DNA of 64,000 nucleotides, taken from contig CAZMSP010000001.1 of assembly GCA_964568985.1 (NCBI GenBank), positions 11,179 through 75,178 on the forward strand, read 5' to 3'. Positions 28,691 through 37,497 of this stretch are shown here, one piece after another. Numbering within the stretch: the first letter of the stretch is position 1; every line of letters starts with the position of its first letter. Under the pieces are notes generated by a model. That model saw nothing but the letters and a program-made list of their open reading frames with translations, had not been told where the DNA came from and ran no database searches. Source of the DNA: an uncultured Pirellulales bacterium (lineage in GTDB: Bacteria; Planctomycetota; Phycisphaerae; Sedimentisphaerales; Anaerobacaceae). Position numbers and translations under genes: made by a program.

Positions 28691-28724
28691 TCGTCAGGGC
28701 GAAGCCCACCGTAGCCCGAGGCCC
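28691..28724. repeat. REP-like element TCGTCAGGGCGAAGCCCACCGTAGCCCGAGGCCC
   Basis: Related copies lie inside ORFs at 61610-61643 (dinG-like) and 26087-26112 (portal, short form). Confidence 0.7.
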
Positions 28725-28909
28725 TGCCGTAGTATTGAAAATCTGTTCGATTTCTACCCTTAGTATAACCTCCCACTTAGCAATCGTCAAGATGGCTTAT
28801 GCCGATGTAAAATCTTTTCCTTTTACTTGCTTTGTGTTTTCGTGCCCCGTGAGAACTTGACGTCTTGTTTCTAACGGGGCGTGGCTGAAGTTCACTTTGA
28901 AAAAACGGG

Positions 28910-29653
28910 TTAATATTCGTTATTCAAAAATTTGATTAGCTCATCGGGAACATAGTCGTTGGCAAATACAAGGATGTCATTTATATCAGCCTTCGTTAGA
29001 TTGTCCTTGGTTTGCCGGTTGTTAATATCGACGTTTACAATCAGGCCGAACCTCATATCTCCGTCATATTCTATAGCTTTTTTACCTTTTTGTTCTGCAT
29101 GGGTTGGCCTTATTTCCAGATTGACATTTTTGTCTTGGGTAGGTGTCTGAAGGCGAATAGTTAGATTTTGTATCTTCTCTCTCCAGACGTCATTTTTCAG
29201 GTTGCTGGCGAGAATCTGGGCGGAATTGACTTCGCCTGTGTCGAAAACCAATTCGTTAATCACACCAACACGCGGCACTTTTTTGTTTGCAAATGCATTT
29301 CTTAATTCATCGAGGGCTTTACGAAATATTTTATCTTTTTCTGGGATATCTATATTCTGCACTTCGTTAATGAACAGTCGCTGTGGAAATGTGAAAAAAG
29401 GCCCTCGTGCGGTTAATAGAAATGTTGGCAGTTCGATTTGCTTATCGCCGGATAAGACGAAAGTTTTTTGCACTCGAAGCTGACTGGGTCCTGACACTAT
29501 GGTCTCAAACGCCTGTGGGAACTGCTCAATGAGCCGGTTGCAGAAGTCCTGCAGTTCTGTTTTGTCGCCCTTGACGGATATGGCGGGCCGAATATCCACG
29601 CCATATTTGACCACATGCTGTGATATTTTGTCTTTGTCAAACTGATAGTTCAT
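28910..29653 (-). CDS. hypothetical protein
   Basis: 247-aa ORF, AT-rich, no recognisable catalytic motif. Confidence 0.5.
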   Translation of the reverse strand: MNYQFDKDKISQHVVKYGVDIRPAISVKGDKTELQDFCNRLIEQFPQAFETIVSGPSQLRVQKTFVLSGDKQIELPTFLLTARGPFFTFPQRLFINEVQNIDIPEKDKIFRKALDELRNAFANKKVPRVGVINELVFDTGEVNSAQILASNLKNDVWREKIQNLTIRLQTPTQDKNVNLEIRPTHAEQKGKKAIEYDGDMRFGLIVNVDINNRQTKDNLTKADINDILVFANDYVPDELIKFLNNEY

Positions 29654-29862
29654 ATTTTTGCCACCAAAGGTTTTGACCTTTTACAGTGTATAAGAGATTT
29701 TATCAAAAGTCAAAGAAAACAAAAGGCGGCAAATTTATTGCTGGTTTTCATCATGAAAAAATAATCTGCAACTTTGGGCATTTCACGCTTTCAGTTTGCT
29801 TATGCCGGTATAAAATAGCTGGATAGTGGTTGAAATCGGATGCCAGAGAAAGGAGACTAATT

Positions 29863-30165
29863 ATGGCTACATTCATATCTCTTGTAAATTTCACCGAGCA
29901 GGGTGTGCGGAATTTCGATGCTACCGCCGACAGGGCGGCTAAATTCGGAGCTATGGCCGAGGGCGTGGGTGTAAAAATGAAAGAGATCTATTGGACAATA
30001 GGGGCTCACGATGCGGTGATGATTTTGGAGGCCCCTGATGATAAGGCGGTCGCTGCGGCATTACTTGGGCTTGCATCGCTTGGAAATGTGAGGACGCAGA
30101 CCCTGCCAGCCTTTAGTTCGACAGAAGTAAAAGAGATTATTTCCAAGGTGCCAAAAGCTAATTGA
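29863..30165 (+). CDS. GYD-domain protein
   Basis: MATFISLVNFTEQG...YWTIGAHDAVMILEAPDDKAVAAALL pattern. AGGAGA RBS 7 nt upstream of ATG 29863. Confidence 0.75.
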   Translation: MATFISLVNFTEQGVRNFDATADRAAKFGAMAEGVGVKMKEIYWTIGAHDAVMILEAPDDKAVAAALLGLASLGNVRTQTLPAFSSTEVKEIISKVPKAN

Positions 30166-30232
30166 TAGAAAGACTTTGTTTGGTTTCAGACATTTCAGAC
30201 TTGCAGATGGGAATTGCCGGCAAAGTATCGCC

Positions 30233-30889
30233 TTATTTGCGGCGACGCAGGGGAAGTCCGCCGAGGCAAAAAAGAAGTACAGTTGCCGGCTCAGGAATGG
30301 ATGTTATTGTTAAATCAGCCGCTGGCGGAAATTCCAAAGAATTAAAAGACAAATATGGGCCATTTACCGCAATTGTAGAGGGAATTGCAAATTGGAAATT
30401 AAATCCGGCAAAATCATCGCCGTTAGCATATAAATCCTTTATGACATCTGTAACATCCAAGGTGATAAATGGTTCCAGCGAATACTCAAATGAGGTAAAA
30501 AAAGAACCTGCGTTAAAGTCATCCAGTGACAATAAGCCATCGCCTGTATAGGTAAATACGTCAATCGTAAAAGGATAGGGCTGTTCTGAGCTATGGACGT
30601 TTAATGATAGTTGTGCCTGCACTATAGGCACCGGTATTGCGGGAAGAGCGAACTCGATAATTCCGCGGTCTTCAAACGGCAACGAAGGACGTTCAACATC
30701 TAGTACTTGAACGGCAACGCCATCTCCAATATAGTCTGGAATACCGTCTTTGAGTGAGTATAGTCCATCCCGAATAGATCCATCTACATTAGGCATTAAT
30801 GAGACCGCGATAGCCGGCTGACTTTCAGTAAGTACCGAAAAAGCCAATATAATCGCAAATGTGAGCGCTTTAATCAGTCGTGTTTTCAT
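30233..30889 (-). CDS. PEP-CTERM-anchored secreted protein
   Basis: Signal peptide MKTRLIKALTFAIILAFSVLTESQPAIA from ATG 30889. C-terminal PEPATVLLFCLGGLPLRRRK. Confidence 0.8.
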   Translation of the reverse strand: MKTRLIKALTFAIILAFSVLTESQPAIAVSLMPNVDGSIRDGLYSLKDGIPDYIGDGVAVQVLDVERPSLPFEDRGIIEFALPAIPVPIVQAQLSLNVHSSEQPYPFTIDVFTYTGDGLLSLDDFNAGSFFTSFEYSLEPFITLDVTDVIKDLYANGDDFAGFNFQFAIPSTIAVNGPYLSFNSLEFPPAADLTITSIPEPATVLLFCLGGLPLRRRK

Positions 30890-30998
30890 CGTTATGACCC
30901 TTTCTACTCCGTTCTTGGGCATTAAACAGCGATTTTGTGTGTAAAGCTTGGAATGGCCTTTGCCGAGCTTCCATACCCAGCCTTCCTTGGTAAGCATA

Positions 30999-31028
30999 TA
31001 TCTAAAAGGATAAAGTAGAAAATGTCAA
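30999..31028 (-). promoter_or_regulatory. candidate promoter TTGACA-18-TAGATA for PEP-CTERM gene 30233-30889
   Basis: On the minus strand, -35 is at 31023-31028 and -10 at 30999-31004. Confidence 0.35.
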
Positions 31029-31112
31029 GGGAAAAATCGGCGGATGGAATTAATATCTTCTGGATGTGGTTTTGGCTGTTTGGGTGTAATTAACGAAGGA
31101 ATAGGTAGAGAG

Positions 31113-31646
31113 CTAAATGAAGCCCTTGTTTTGGATAGAGTCTGTCTGGCCCTTATGAATCCATATCTCGCGAAATTTTTTGGTGTATTGCCGACCTAAT
31201 CTGCTTTGAGTCAGGCCAATTTGGTCTAAAATCTCCTCTAATGAAATGCTTTGTTCGCCTTTTCCGAGTAAGCCGAGAACTTGGTAAACTGCTTTATCGC
31301 CAGAACATAAAAGGTACTGCTCGGAAGAGTTACATAGAAATGCCAAGGTTTCTTTTTCTCCAGCGTGAATTATAGCTTTGTACAATTCATTAAACTTATC
31401 AAGAAATGATTTTGCTGTAGAAGGTTCGATATCAAAAATGTTAACTTTGTCTTTGTATGATTCAAGATCTATTCTGACATCTTCGAATTCTTGGCTAGCC
31501 CATTTAGCTTCATTCGCTACTGTTTGCGAAATTGAAACATCACATCTTTTAAGAAACTCGTCCCAAATACCCAATTCAAAGAGCGTGATAATCGGCCCAG
31601 CGTCAAGTAACAGAAATTGAAATTTTTTTATCCTTGAAATCCTCAT
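31113..31646 (-). CDS. PIN-like (DUF4411-type) nuclease-fold protein
   Basis: Acidic PIN-like motifs LLLDAGPII, NEA, GEKETLAF and CSGDKAV. ATG 31646 overlaps the upstream ImmA gene by 44 nt. Confidence 0.55.
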   Translation of the reverse strand: MRISRIKKFQFLLLDAGPIITLFELGIWDEFLKRCDVSISQTVANEAKWASQEFEDVRIDLESYKDKVNIFDIEPSTAKSFLDKFNELYKAIIHAGEKETLAFLCNSSEQYLLCSGDKAVYQVLGLLGKGEQSISLEEILDQIGLTQSRLGRQYTKKFREIWIHKGQTDSIQNKGFI

Positions 31647-32703
31647 CTTCCGCAAGATATTCCTGGGCCTTTTTATAACTTATTCCCATGTATTTAGCAA
31701 ACTGCATAAGAGATAGTTTTCCTTCATTAAGAGCTCGCTGAGCCAAATCGCAATATCTTTCAGGCAATCTAGCCGGCTCATATGATGGCCTTGGCTTATG
31801 CGTTTGTGCAAGTCTTTTAGCAGCATCAAGGTATTTATCAGTCTCATCCTTTTGAATCTTGAAAAGTCGGGCTATTCGATAAACAAGCGCATCCAAAGAA
31901 ACGTCAAATTCCCTTGCTATGTCGTCCAGTTTATCCAAGCTTGTCTGGCCTTCATCGTTCAGGCTCTGTTTAACTCTATCTTTAATAGATTCTTCCGGCA
32001 TTAGAAGTCGACTTGCAAATGCATTAGCAAGTTTATCCTCATCAATATCTGCGATTGTATTCTTGCCTCTAAAAATATTCCACGTCAAAATATGAAATAG
32101 TTCATGAGCGAGGTCATAACTTCGTCGCCATTGTTTGTTCTTGGCATTAAGAAGGATAGAAGGACCGAATTCTTTAGATACTACCGATATAGCACTTCCA
32201 GAGAAATCCAGATAGAATATTTTTATATAGTAGACTTCTTCCAGTCTACGTTTAAGAGATGCAATAGGTACGTCACCAAGACGGAATATATCCTGCACCT
32301 TCTTCGCGAATAATTCAGCTTGGTCATAATCAAATTTTTCAATTTCATTAATATCTGGCGCTGATAACCTAGGCTCTTTGACTTCGTCCATAAGTATCTC
32401 AAGATTGTGATATTGTTGGCAGAGTTGCTTAAATTCTACCTCAGTTTTCTTCCTTTCTTCATCGGTGCCCGGCTCGTCACGCCAGAGCATTATTTCTTCT
32501 GGCAGTAATTTATCAGTCAAAAAGAATTCTATCGTTTTTCTATAAACCTCGGCTAACTTGCTAAGATGCGAAAATTTTGGCTCTCGCTTGTTGTTTTCGA
32601 ATTCACTAAGAGATGACTGGCCGATACCGCTTTCCTGAGAAGCTTTCTCTAATGTGTAACCGATAGATTCTCTCGCATTTTTTAACCTTTTGCCGATTTC
32701 CAT
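31603..32703 (-). CDS. XRE-family HTH fused to ImmA/IrrE (COG2856) zinc metallopeptidase
   Basis: N-terminal HTH LKNARESIGYTLEKASQESGIGQSSLSEFENNKR. HExxH site HELFHILTW. 366 aa. Confidence 0.85.
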   Translation of the reverse strand: MEIGKRLKNARESIGYTLEKASQESGIGQSSLSEFENNKREPKFSHLSKLAEVYRKTIEFFLTDKLLPEEIMLWRDEPGTDEERKKTEVEFKQLCQQYHNLEILMDEVKEPRLSAPDINEIEKFDYDQAELFAKKVQDIFRLGDVPIASLKRRLEEVYYIKIFYLDFSGSAISVVSKEFGPSILLNAKNKQWRRSYDLAHELFHILTWNIFRGKNTIADIDEDKLANAFASRLLMPEESIKDRVKQSLNDEGQTSLDKLDDIAREFDVSLDALVYRIARLFKIQKDETDKYLDAAKRLAQTHKPRPSYEPARLPERYCDLAQRALNEGKLSLMQFAKYMGISYKKAQEYLAEDEDFKDKKISISVT

Positions 32704-32717
32704 ATTTGACCTCCAAA

Positions 32718-32732
32718 TTCTGTTTCCCAGAA
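32718..32732. promoter_or_regulatory. palindromic operator candidate TTCTG-N5-CAGAA (site 1)
   Basis: ttctgtttcccagaa lies between a TATAAT box (minus strand, 32734-32739) and the XRE-ImmA start codon. Confidence 0.5.
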
Positions 32733-32770
32733 TATTATACGATATTTTGATCGTAATCCTTTAAGAAATT

Positions 32771-32785
32771 TTCTGAAATACAGAA
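32771..32785. promoter_or_regulatory. palindromic operator candidate TTCTG-N5-CAGAA (site 2)
   Basis: ttctgaaatacagaa, centre 53 bp from site 1. Confidence 0.5.
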
Positions 32786-32833
32786 AATTTTAAACATTTC
32801 CGCGTTTTTAGGCGGATTTCTAAGCTTTTTCTT

Positions 32834-34348
32834 TCAATACCTTCTTGATACGGTTTTGGCTGGTTGGGTGTAATTAACGAAGAAATAGCGTAAGGCGTCG
32901 ATGGGATGGTCGTATAGGCCGTCTTTCAACGGCAGCTCATTATCAGCAGTACCCGAATCCGGATAATGATAACAACGCAGGGCCTCTATCAAGCGGGGGC
33001 ATCTGGGTAAGATAATAAGCGAGTTTTTGCCGTCGCCACGGCGGATGGCCCTTCGAATAAGCTCGATGCCCTCAAGGATAGTGCTTTTGCGATAGCGAAC
33101 CTGTATGCCGAGCGAACGCAGTTCGCGAACGGTACTCGTGCCGGTGACATCATTCACACCGGCACCGGCTGGGTCGCAAAAGGTTGCTGCCACTTTTTCT
33201 TCACTGCAGGGCGTTCTGGTTTTCAACTCATCGGCATGGACATCAACCGTAGCCCTTGTGCGGACATACTCATCTATCACCCGCACGACGCCGGTACTAT
33301 CGACCTGAATCCATAAGCATACAAACGGATTGACAAAGCCGAAATCGAGCGAGCGATACAAAGGCAGATTCGGGTCATAATCGATAGACTTAACATGCGG
33401 GTCAGGGTCGAACTCGTTAAAAACGATGTTTTCCAGCGAAGGTCTTTTGCATAGCATCTCCGCCTCGAAAGCCGCCCTGCTTGCACGGCGCATCTGCGTA
33501 ATACAATCATCAATTTTCAGATAGCCGTTTGCCCGTTTTGCCTTGCCCTGGCAATCGCTCCATAAGGGACACTGCGAGCAGTTTCTGTCGGTGCATTTTT
33601 CGATTACCTCCCAGACACACCATTTGAAGACCGGCGTGTCAAGCTTTTGTGCATCTGAGACGATTTTTTGCATCAGGCCGTATGGGCGGTGCATCGTGCT
33701 GATGGTCTCCATCGCAGCGATGATATTGTCCGTGCTTTGTGTTGTGAACTTCGCAGCAGAAAAGACATCTTCATCAAAAAGCTCGACCTCATCGCAGCGG
33801 AGCTTCTGGATGTGCTGGCCTCGAACACTTGTCGCCGACTGCGTCAGGACCTCTATGGATGAGCCATTTATAAATCGGCATTTTGTTTTTAGAGCCGGAC
33901 TGGAGAGAAACTCGTCAAAGCCATTGTTTAGGAAGCTGGTCATATATTCGTACATCCTGCCGGATTGTTCGCCCGAGCCGCCGAGGATTCTGATGCGGCA
34001 GTCGGGCTTAAAGATACAGTCTAAAAGCGTTGCGACGGCAGCTAATTCGGTCTTGCCGCCGGCCCGGTTGGCCCAGACAACGCAATCTGCGTTTTTTGTC
34101 CCTCGTCTCTCGTCCCTCGTCCCTCGTATATGTGCAAGGTCTGCAGTGAAGCTGTGCCAGAGATAGTCCATAGGTGCATTATGCTCTGGGCAGATTCTTT
34201 CGTTCGGGATGTCGATGCCCAGAAAAACCTTGGCGTAATTTTTTAGATCGTGTCTTGTCGCTGGCAGAGTCCGTCTTAATTGGTGATAAGTATGTGCGGC
34301 CTTGTCGAGGCCTGCAGACATCGGTTCAAATAGCGTCAGATTTGACAT
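32834..34348 (-). CDS. terminase large subunit
   Basis: Walker A-like ANRAGGKTE and Walker B-like LRCDEVELFDE. About 500 aa. GGAGG 9 nt upstream of ATG 34348. The ORF is open to GTG 34399. Confidence 0.8.
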   Translation of the reverse strand: MSNLTLFEPMSAGLDKAAHTYHQLRRTLPATRHDLKNYAKVFLGIDIPNERICPEHNAPMDYLWHSFTADLAHIRGTRDERRGTKNADCVVWANRAGGKTELAAVATLLDCIFKPDCRIRILGGSGEQSGRMYEYMTSFLNNGFDEFLSSPALKTKCRFINGSSIEVLTQSATSVRGQHIQKLRCDEVELFDEDVFSAAKFTTQSTDNIIAAMETISTMHRPYGLMQKIVSDAQKLDTPVFKWCVWEVIEKCTDRNCSQCPLWSDCQGKAKRANGYLKIDDCITQMRRASRAAFEAEMLCKRPSLENIVFNEFDPDPHVKSIDYDPNLPLYRSLDFGFVNPFVCLWIQVDSTGVVRVIDEYVRTRATVDVHADELKTRTPCSEEKVAATFCDPAGAGVNDVTGTSTVRELRSLGIQVRYRKSTILEGIELIRRAIRRGDGKNSLIILPRCPRLIEALRCYHYPDSGTADNELPLKDGLYDHPIDALRYFFVNYTQPAKTVSRRY

Positions 34349-34612
34349 TGCTGTCACCCTCCATTGATAAGGCAAATTTTTTTGCTTTTTTTCCAACACA
34401 CTTCTATAAACTGCGTATACTTTATACAGATAGACTTATATGAGACTGTGCTTCATGGGCTGGCGCTGCTGTGGGCCTTGGAGGCACAGATGATGATACA
34501 AGAGAGACGAGTCTGGACAGATATAAAGAAAAAATATAAAGAACGGACCACCGTCTCTCTTTTTTTGCATCTCTATTGATTTGCGCAACATCCCTCATCC
34601 ACAGAACTACAT

Positions 34613-34629
34613 CACTATTTGGCAAAAGG
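34613..34629. repeat. 17-bp direct repeat CACTATTTGGCAAAAGG flanking the MTase cassette (copy 1)
   Basis: Matches 35313-35329 at 16 of 17 positions, exactly 700 bp away. Confidence 0.75.
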
Positions 34630-34663
34630 ATTATCTCATCAATAGCGGCTAATCTTTGCGTTT

Positions 34664-35296
34664 TCATCTTTTCTCCATAAAAGCATAGTTTGCAAGGTGG
34701 GAAACAGATTTACCTTTTATTTCTATTGTCTTTAATTCATCTATTTTGAAGTGCGGACTGAAGAGGTCTCTCAGTTCATCCTCAGATGAGAAATACAAAA
34801 CAGTTCCCAGTGAAGTATTTCTGTATTTTCCTTGGCCTCCAAATTGGGTGCCCTTATCGCTGAAACAAACAGAAAGGTACTTTCCTCCAGGATTAAGCAT
34901 TCTATAGACGCTTTGAACGTATTTGTCCCTTGTCTGGGGGAAAATATGATGCAGCAACTCCCACTCATAAGCAAAGTCAAAGGCCTCGTTAACTTTATCC
35001 AAATCACTAAGAACGTCAGCTACAAGAAAGTGGCACTTTACTCCCTTGACCTTGGCTTTTTCCTCGGCAATTTTTATCGCCGTCGGGGCAATATCTACTG
35101 CTGTGACATCAAATCCCATGCTCGCAAGGTAAATAGCGTGATTGCCAGCACCACAGCCTAAATCAACAGTTTTGTAGGGTTTCACTTTTCCACTCTCTAC
35201 TAACCGGACCAGAGCGTCTGGAGGGACCTCCATATTCCAGGGAATCTCTTCAGGAGGCAGTTCTCTGTAAATTCTGTCCATTTCTTCCTGCTGCAT
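34664..35296 (-). CDS. class I SAM-dependent methyltransferase (TehB/Methyltransf_11-like)
   Basis: Motif I VDLGCGAGNHAIYLA. 210 aa. Confidence 0.8.
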   Translation of the reverse strand: MQQEEMDRIYRELPPEEIPWNMEVPPDALVRLVESGKVKPYKTVDLGCGAGNHAIYLASMGFDVTAVDIAPTAIKIAEEKAKVKGVKCHFLVADVLSDLDKVNEAFDFAYEWELLHHIFPQTRDKYVQSVYRMLNPGGKYLSVCFSDKGTQFGGQGKYRNTSLGTVLYFSSEDELRDLFSPHFKIDELKTIEIKGKSVSHLANYAFMEKR

Positions 35297-35312
35297 AGTA
35301 CGGTAGGCACTC

Positions 35313-35329
35313 CACTATTTAGCAAAAGG
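35313..35329. repeat. 17-bp direct repeat CACTATTTAGCAAAAGG (copy 2)
   Basis: See 34613-34629. Confidence 0.75.
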
Positions 35330-35451
35330 TTCGTTTTTATGAAATCTTATTAAACATAAGTTTAATTAGCGAATTTTTATTAAAGATTTTGGGCAAAAAG
35401 TTTAATAAAGGCGTCGGATTTAGCCCGTTATCCTGATATCCGGTTCTCCTG

Positions 35452-35925
35452 CTACCTGATTTCCTGATCATCTGTCTTCTGCTCCTGTGCTAAGACTTCC
35501 AGAATTTTGCTTGCGGTTTCCGGCGATAGGCCGCCTGCGGCGGATTCGTCCATCGTCCCTCGTCTATCGTCACTCGTCTCCCCTCGCACAACCGGCTGCA
35601 TAGAAATAATATCAAGGCAGGCCTTGCGGGCGGTCTCTTGATTTTCCGATTCAGTAAGCTGAACGAGCTTCGCCGCAGCTAAGGTGGCGTACCTCGCAAC
35701 CAAAGCGGCGCTCTGTCGATAAGCAGCGGCGATGCGTCGGTCAAACTGCTCAGCGAAACAATCATCGGTAAGCCATTTGTAATATTGGTTTCGACTCACA
35801 TTATATTTTTCCAGCACGGCCTGCTCATCCAGCTCGCCGCTAAATATCTCATCGAGCATTGCTTGCTGCTTCTTTGTAAGGCTTGTCCGCCGTCTTTTTG
35901 GCGGATTCTTTGTTTTAGCCATCAA
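35452..35925 (-). CDS. small DNA-binding protein, terminase-small-subunit-like by position
   Basis: 157 aa. Basic N-terminus plus HTH-like EKYNVSRNQYYKWL. Lies upstream of TerL. Contains an in-frame NTCGTCN heptamer array at 35545-35586. Confidence 0.4.
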   Translation of the reverse strand: MMAKTKNPPKRRRTSLTKKQQAMLDEIFSGELDEQAVLEKYNVSRNQYYKWLTDDCFAEQFDRRIAAAYRQSAALVARYATLAAAKLVQLTESENQETARKACLDIISMQPVVRGETSDDRRGTMDESAAGGLSPETASKILEVLAQEQKTDDQEIR

Positions 35926-35941
35926 TGATTACTCCTTCTCG

Positions 35942-36682
35942 TCAAGGCGTAGGCCTTGACGTAACCTGAAATCCCAAAAGGGCCTTGATTTGTGCCTGTT
36001 TGTGGTCGAGGTAATATTGGCAGATAGCCGACAGTGCTGATGCTCTTTTGGTTGCTTTTGTCCGCCTGTCGTTTGGTGGGTTGGTATATGAATAGTCAAG
36101 AACCCCAGTCCTGTCCCTGATAGGGGCGGGATTGTCCTGCAGAGCAAAATTAAGCGCGGCTTCAATGACCTGTTGCTGCTCGTCACTTACGAAAAAGACC
36201 AGCGGATTTGAAAAACTTAATGCTCGATACTCGATGCTCGATACTTGTTGGGAGTCGAGCTTGATTAGTTTTTCGAGCTGGGCTTTTGTCTGCGGCAGCA
36301 GCTTTGCAAGTTCACTTGTTTGCATTCGCTCGTTGAGCCGTTTTAGAAGTGCGAGTTTTTTCTCAAGCACATCTTGTCCACAGAGCCGGTTAAGCGTTGC
36401 AAGCAGTATGTCTGCCTGCTCATCGTCAATGTCCCAGACGATTGCATCTGCCTCTTTTCTGCCAAGCTTTTTTAAGGCCAGCCAGCGATGATGGCCGTTG
36501 ATAATCTGAAAACAATCTGGATGCTCGATACCGGATACTGGACGGACAATCAAGGGCTCATATCGGCCGGTCCGCTCGATGTTGCGAACGAGCTTTGCAA
36601 AATTTGCCTTGCTCATTCGGTTAGGATTAGCAGGATGTGGGGCGAGTTTGTCTAAGGGTATTGACTGAATCTGATTTGTCAT
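35942..36682 (-). CDS. ParB N-terminal-domain (ParB-like nuclease/CTPase fold) protein
   Basis: IPLDKLAPHPANPNRMS ... GRYEPLIVRP ... INGHHRWLALKKLG motifs. Confidence 0.8.
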   Translation of the reverse strand: MTNQIQSIPLDKLAPHPANPNRMSKANFAKLVRNIERTGRYEPLIVRPVSGIEHPDCFQIINGHHRWLALKKLGRKEADAIVWDIDDEQADILLATLNRLCGQDVLEKKLALLKRLNERMQTSELAKLLPQTKAQLEKLIKLDSQQVSSIEYRALSFSNPLVFFVSDEQQQVIEAALNFALQDNPAPIRDRTGVLDYSYTNPPNDRRTKATKRASALSAICQYYLDHKQAQIKALLGFQVTSRPTP

Positions 36683-36718
36683 ATTTCTTAATTCTAAATT
36701 CTCAATTCTAAATTCTTA
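36683..36718. repeat. ATTCTNA heptamer array spanning the GNAT stop codon
   Basis: atttctta attctaa attctca attctaa attctta. Confidence 0.7.
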
Positions 36719-37446
36719 CTGAGCCATATGTAATAGACCGGCCTGTCGGTCAGTTTGCTCAGTATGTATCTTGTCCTTTCTGGGCCCGGCGGCATCATTC
36801 TACGTTTGCCGTAGCTTTGCAGAAAGCGTCTTATTTCAAGCTCGATAAATTCAGATTGTTCTTTTGGGAGCTTGTCAAGTTTTCGCTGTACATACTCGGC
36901 ATCGATGAGTTGATGTCCTTCTATGCCGGCGAGGTTGAACGCCTCGATGAGTCGTGAGCATCTTGCGGGAGTTTTTGCATTGTATGGCTTCATTCCGGCT
37001 TTTTCAAAGAACGGATTTATCAGTCCCATCACCGCCATCGCCTCGATGATGGGGACATTGAGCAGGGGCATTGTCTCGCTGACTAATCGAGTGGCCAGGC
37101 CGAGCGAGCGGAATCTCGGCTCAACGATAACCCTGCTTATTCTGCGGATATTTTTATTGATAAGCGCCAGCTGAGTGCTTCTATCCAGGCCGACGAATAA
37201 ATCGCCGGTAGCAATATTGCGAAGCTCAAGCGCAGGAGTCGGCATTGTATAAGCGATAACACCGATAGTTTTTATGCCTGCTCGCTGAGCCAGCACAGAA
37301 TCGCCCCTAAGCGCAAAGATGACGGCAAACGGCCCCAGCCGAGAGTCACGGTAGTGGTAATGTGACAGCGATTCGTAATCCTCGATGTTGCCCGGGACAA
37401 CCTGCAGTCTTTTACATATTGAGCAGCTTTTTCGTCGTACGTCCAT
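36694..37446 (-). CDS. GNAT-like acetyltransferase-fold protein
   Basis: Motif A-like ISRVIVEPRFRSLGLATRLV (R-x-x-G-x-A). 250 aa. Fold assignment is tentative. Confidence 0.5.
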   Translation of the reverse strand: MDVRRKSCSICKRLQVVPGNIEDYESLSHYHYRDSRLGPFAVIFALRGDSVLAQRAGIKTIGVIAYTMPTPALELRNIATGDLFVGLDRSTQLALINKNIRRISRVIVEPRFRSLGLATRLVSETMPLLNVPIIEAMAVMGLINPFFEKAGMKPYNAKTPARCSRLIEAFNLAGIEGHQLIDAEYVQRKLDKLPKEQSEFIELEIRRFLQSYGKRRMMPPGPERTRYILSKLTDRPVYYIWLSKNLELRI

Positions 37447-37497
37447 CGTCTATCGTCCATCGTCCATCGTCTGTCTTCTGACCTCTGACTTCTTATA
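37431..37497. repeat. ATCGTCN heptamer array spanning the ATPase stop and GNAT start
   Basis: ttcgtcg tacgtcc atcgtct atcgtcc atcgtcc atcgtct gtcttct gacctct gacttct. Confidence 0.75.

Noticed and set aside
30162-30551. 129-aa plus-strand ORF overlapping the PEP-CTERM gene
   Set aside because: The opposite strand encodes a protein with both a signal peptide and a PEP-CTERM motif. The plus-strand ORF has no RBS or motif.
34408-34420. CTGCGTAT motif upstream of terL as a third copy of the portal-upstream repeat
   Set aside because: Only an 8-mer core plus 2 flanking matches are shared. An arbitrary 8-mer is expected about twice by chance in 64 kb on both strands. It is mentioned but not relied upon.
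34501-34566. Hairpin AGAGAGACG-N42-CGTCTCTCT-TTTTTT as an intrinsic terminator
   Set aside because: The T run follows the stem only on the plus strand, where there is no upstream gene. The 42-nt loop is long, and on the coding (minus) strand no T tract follows.
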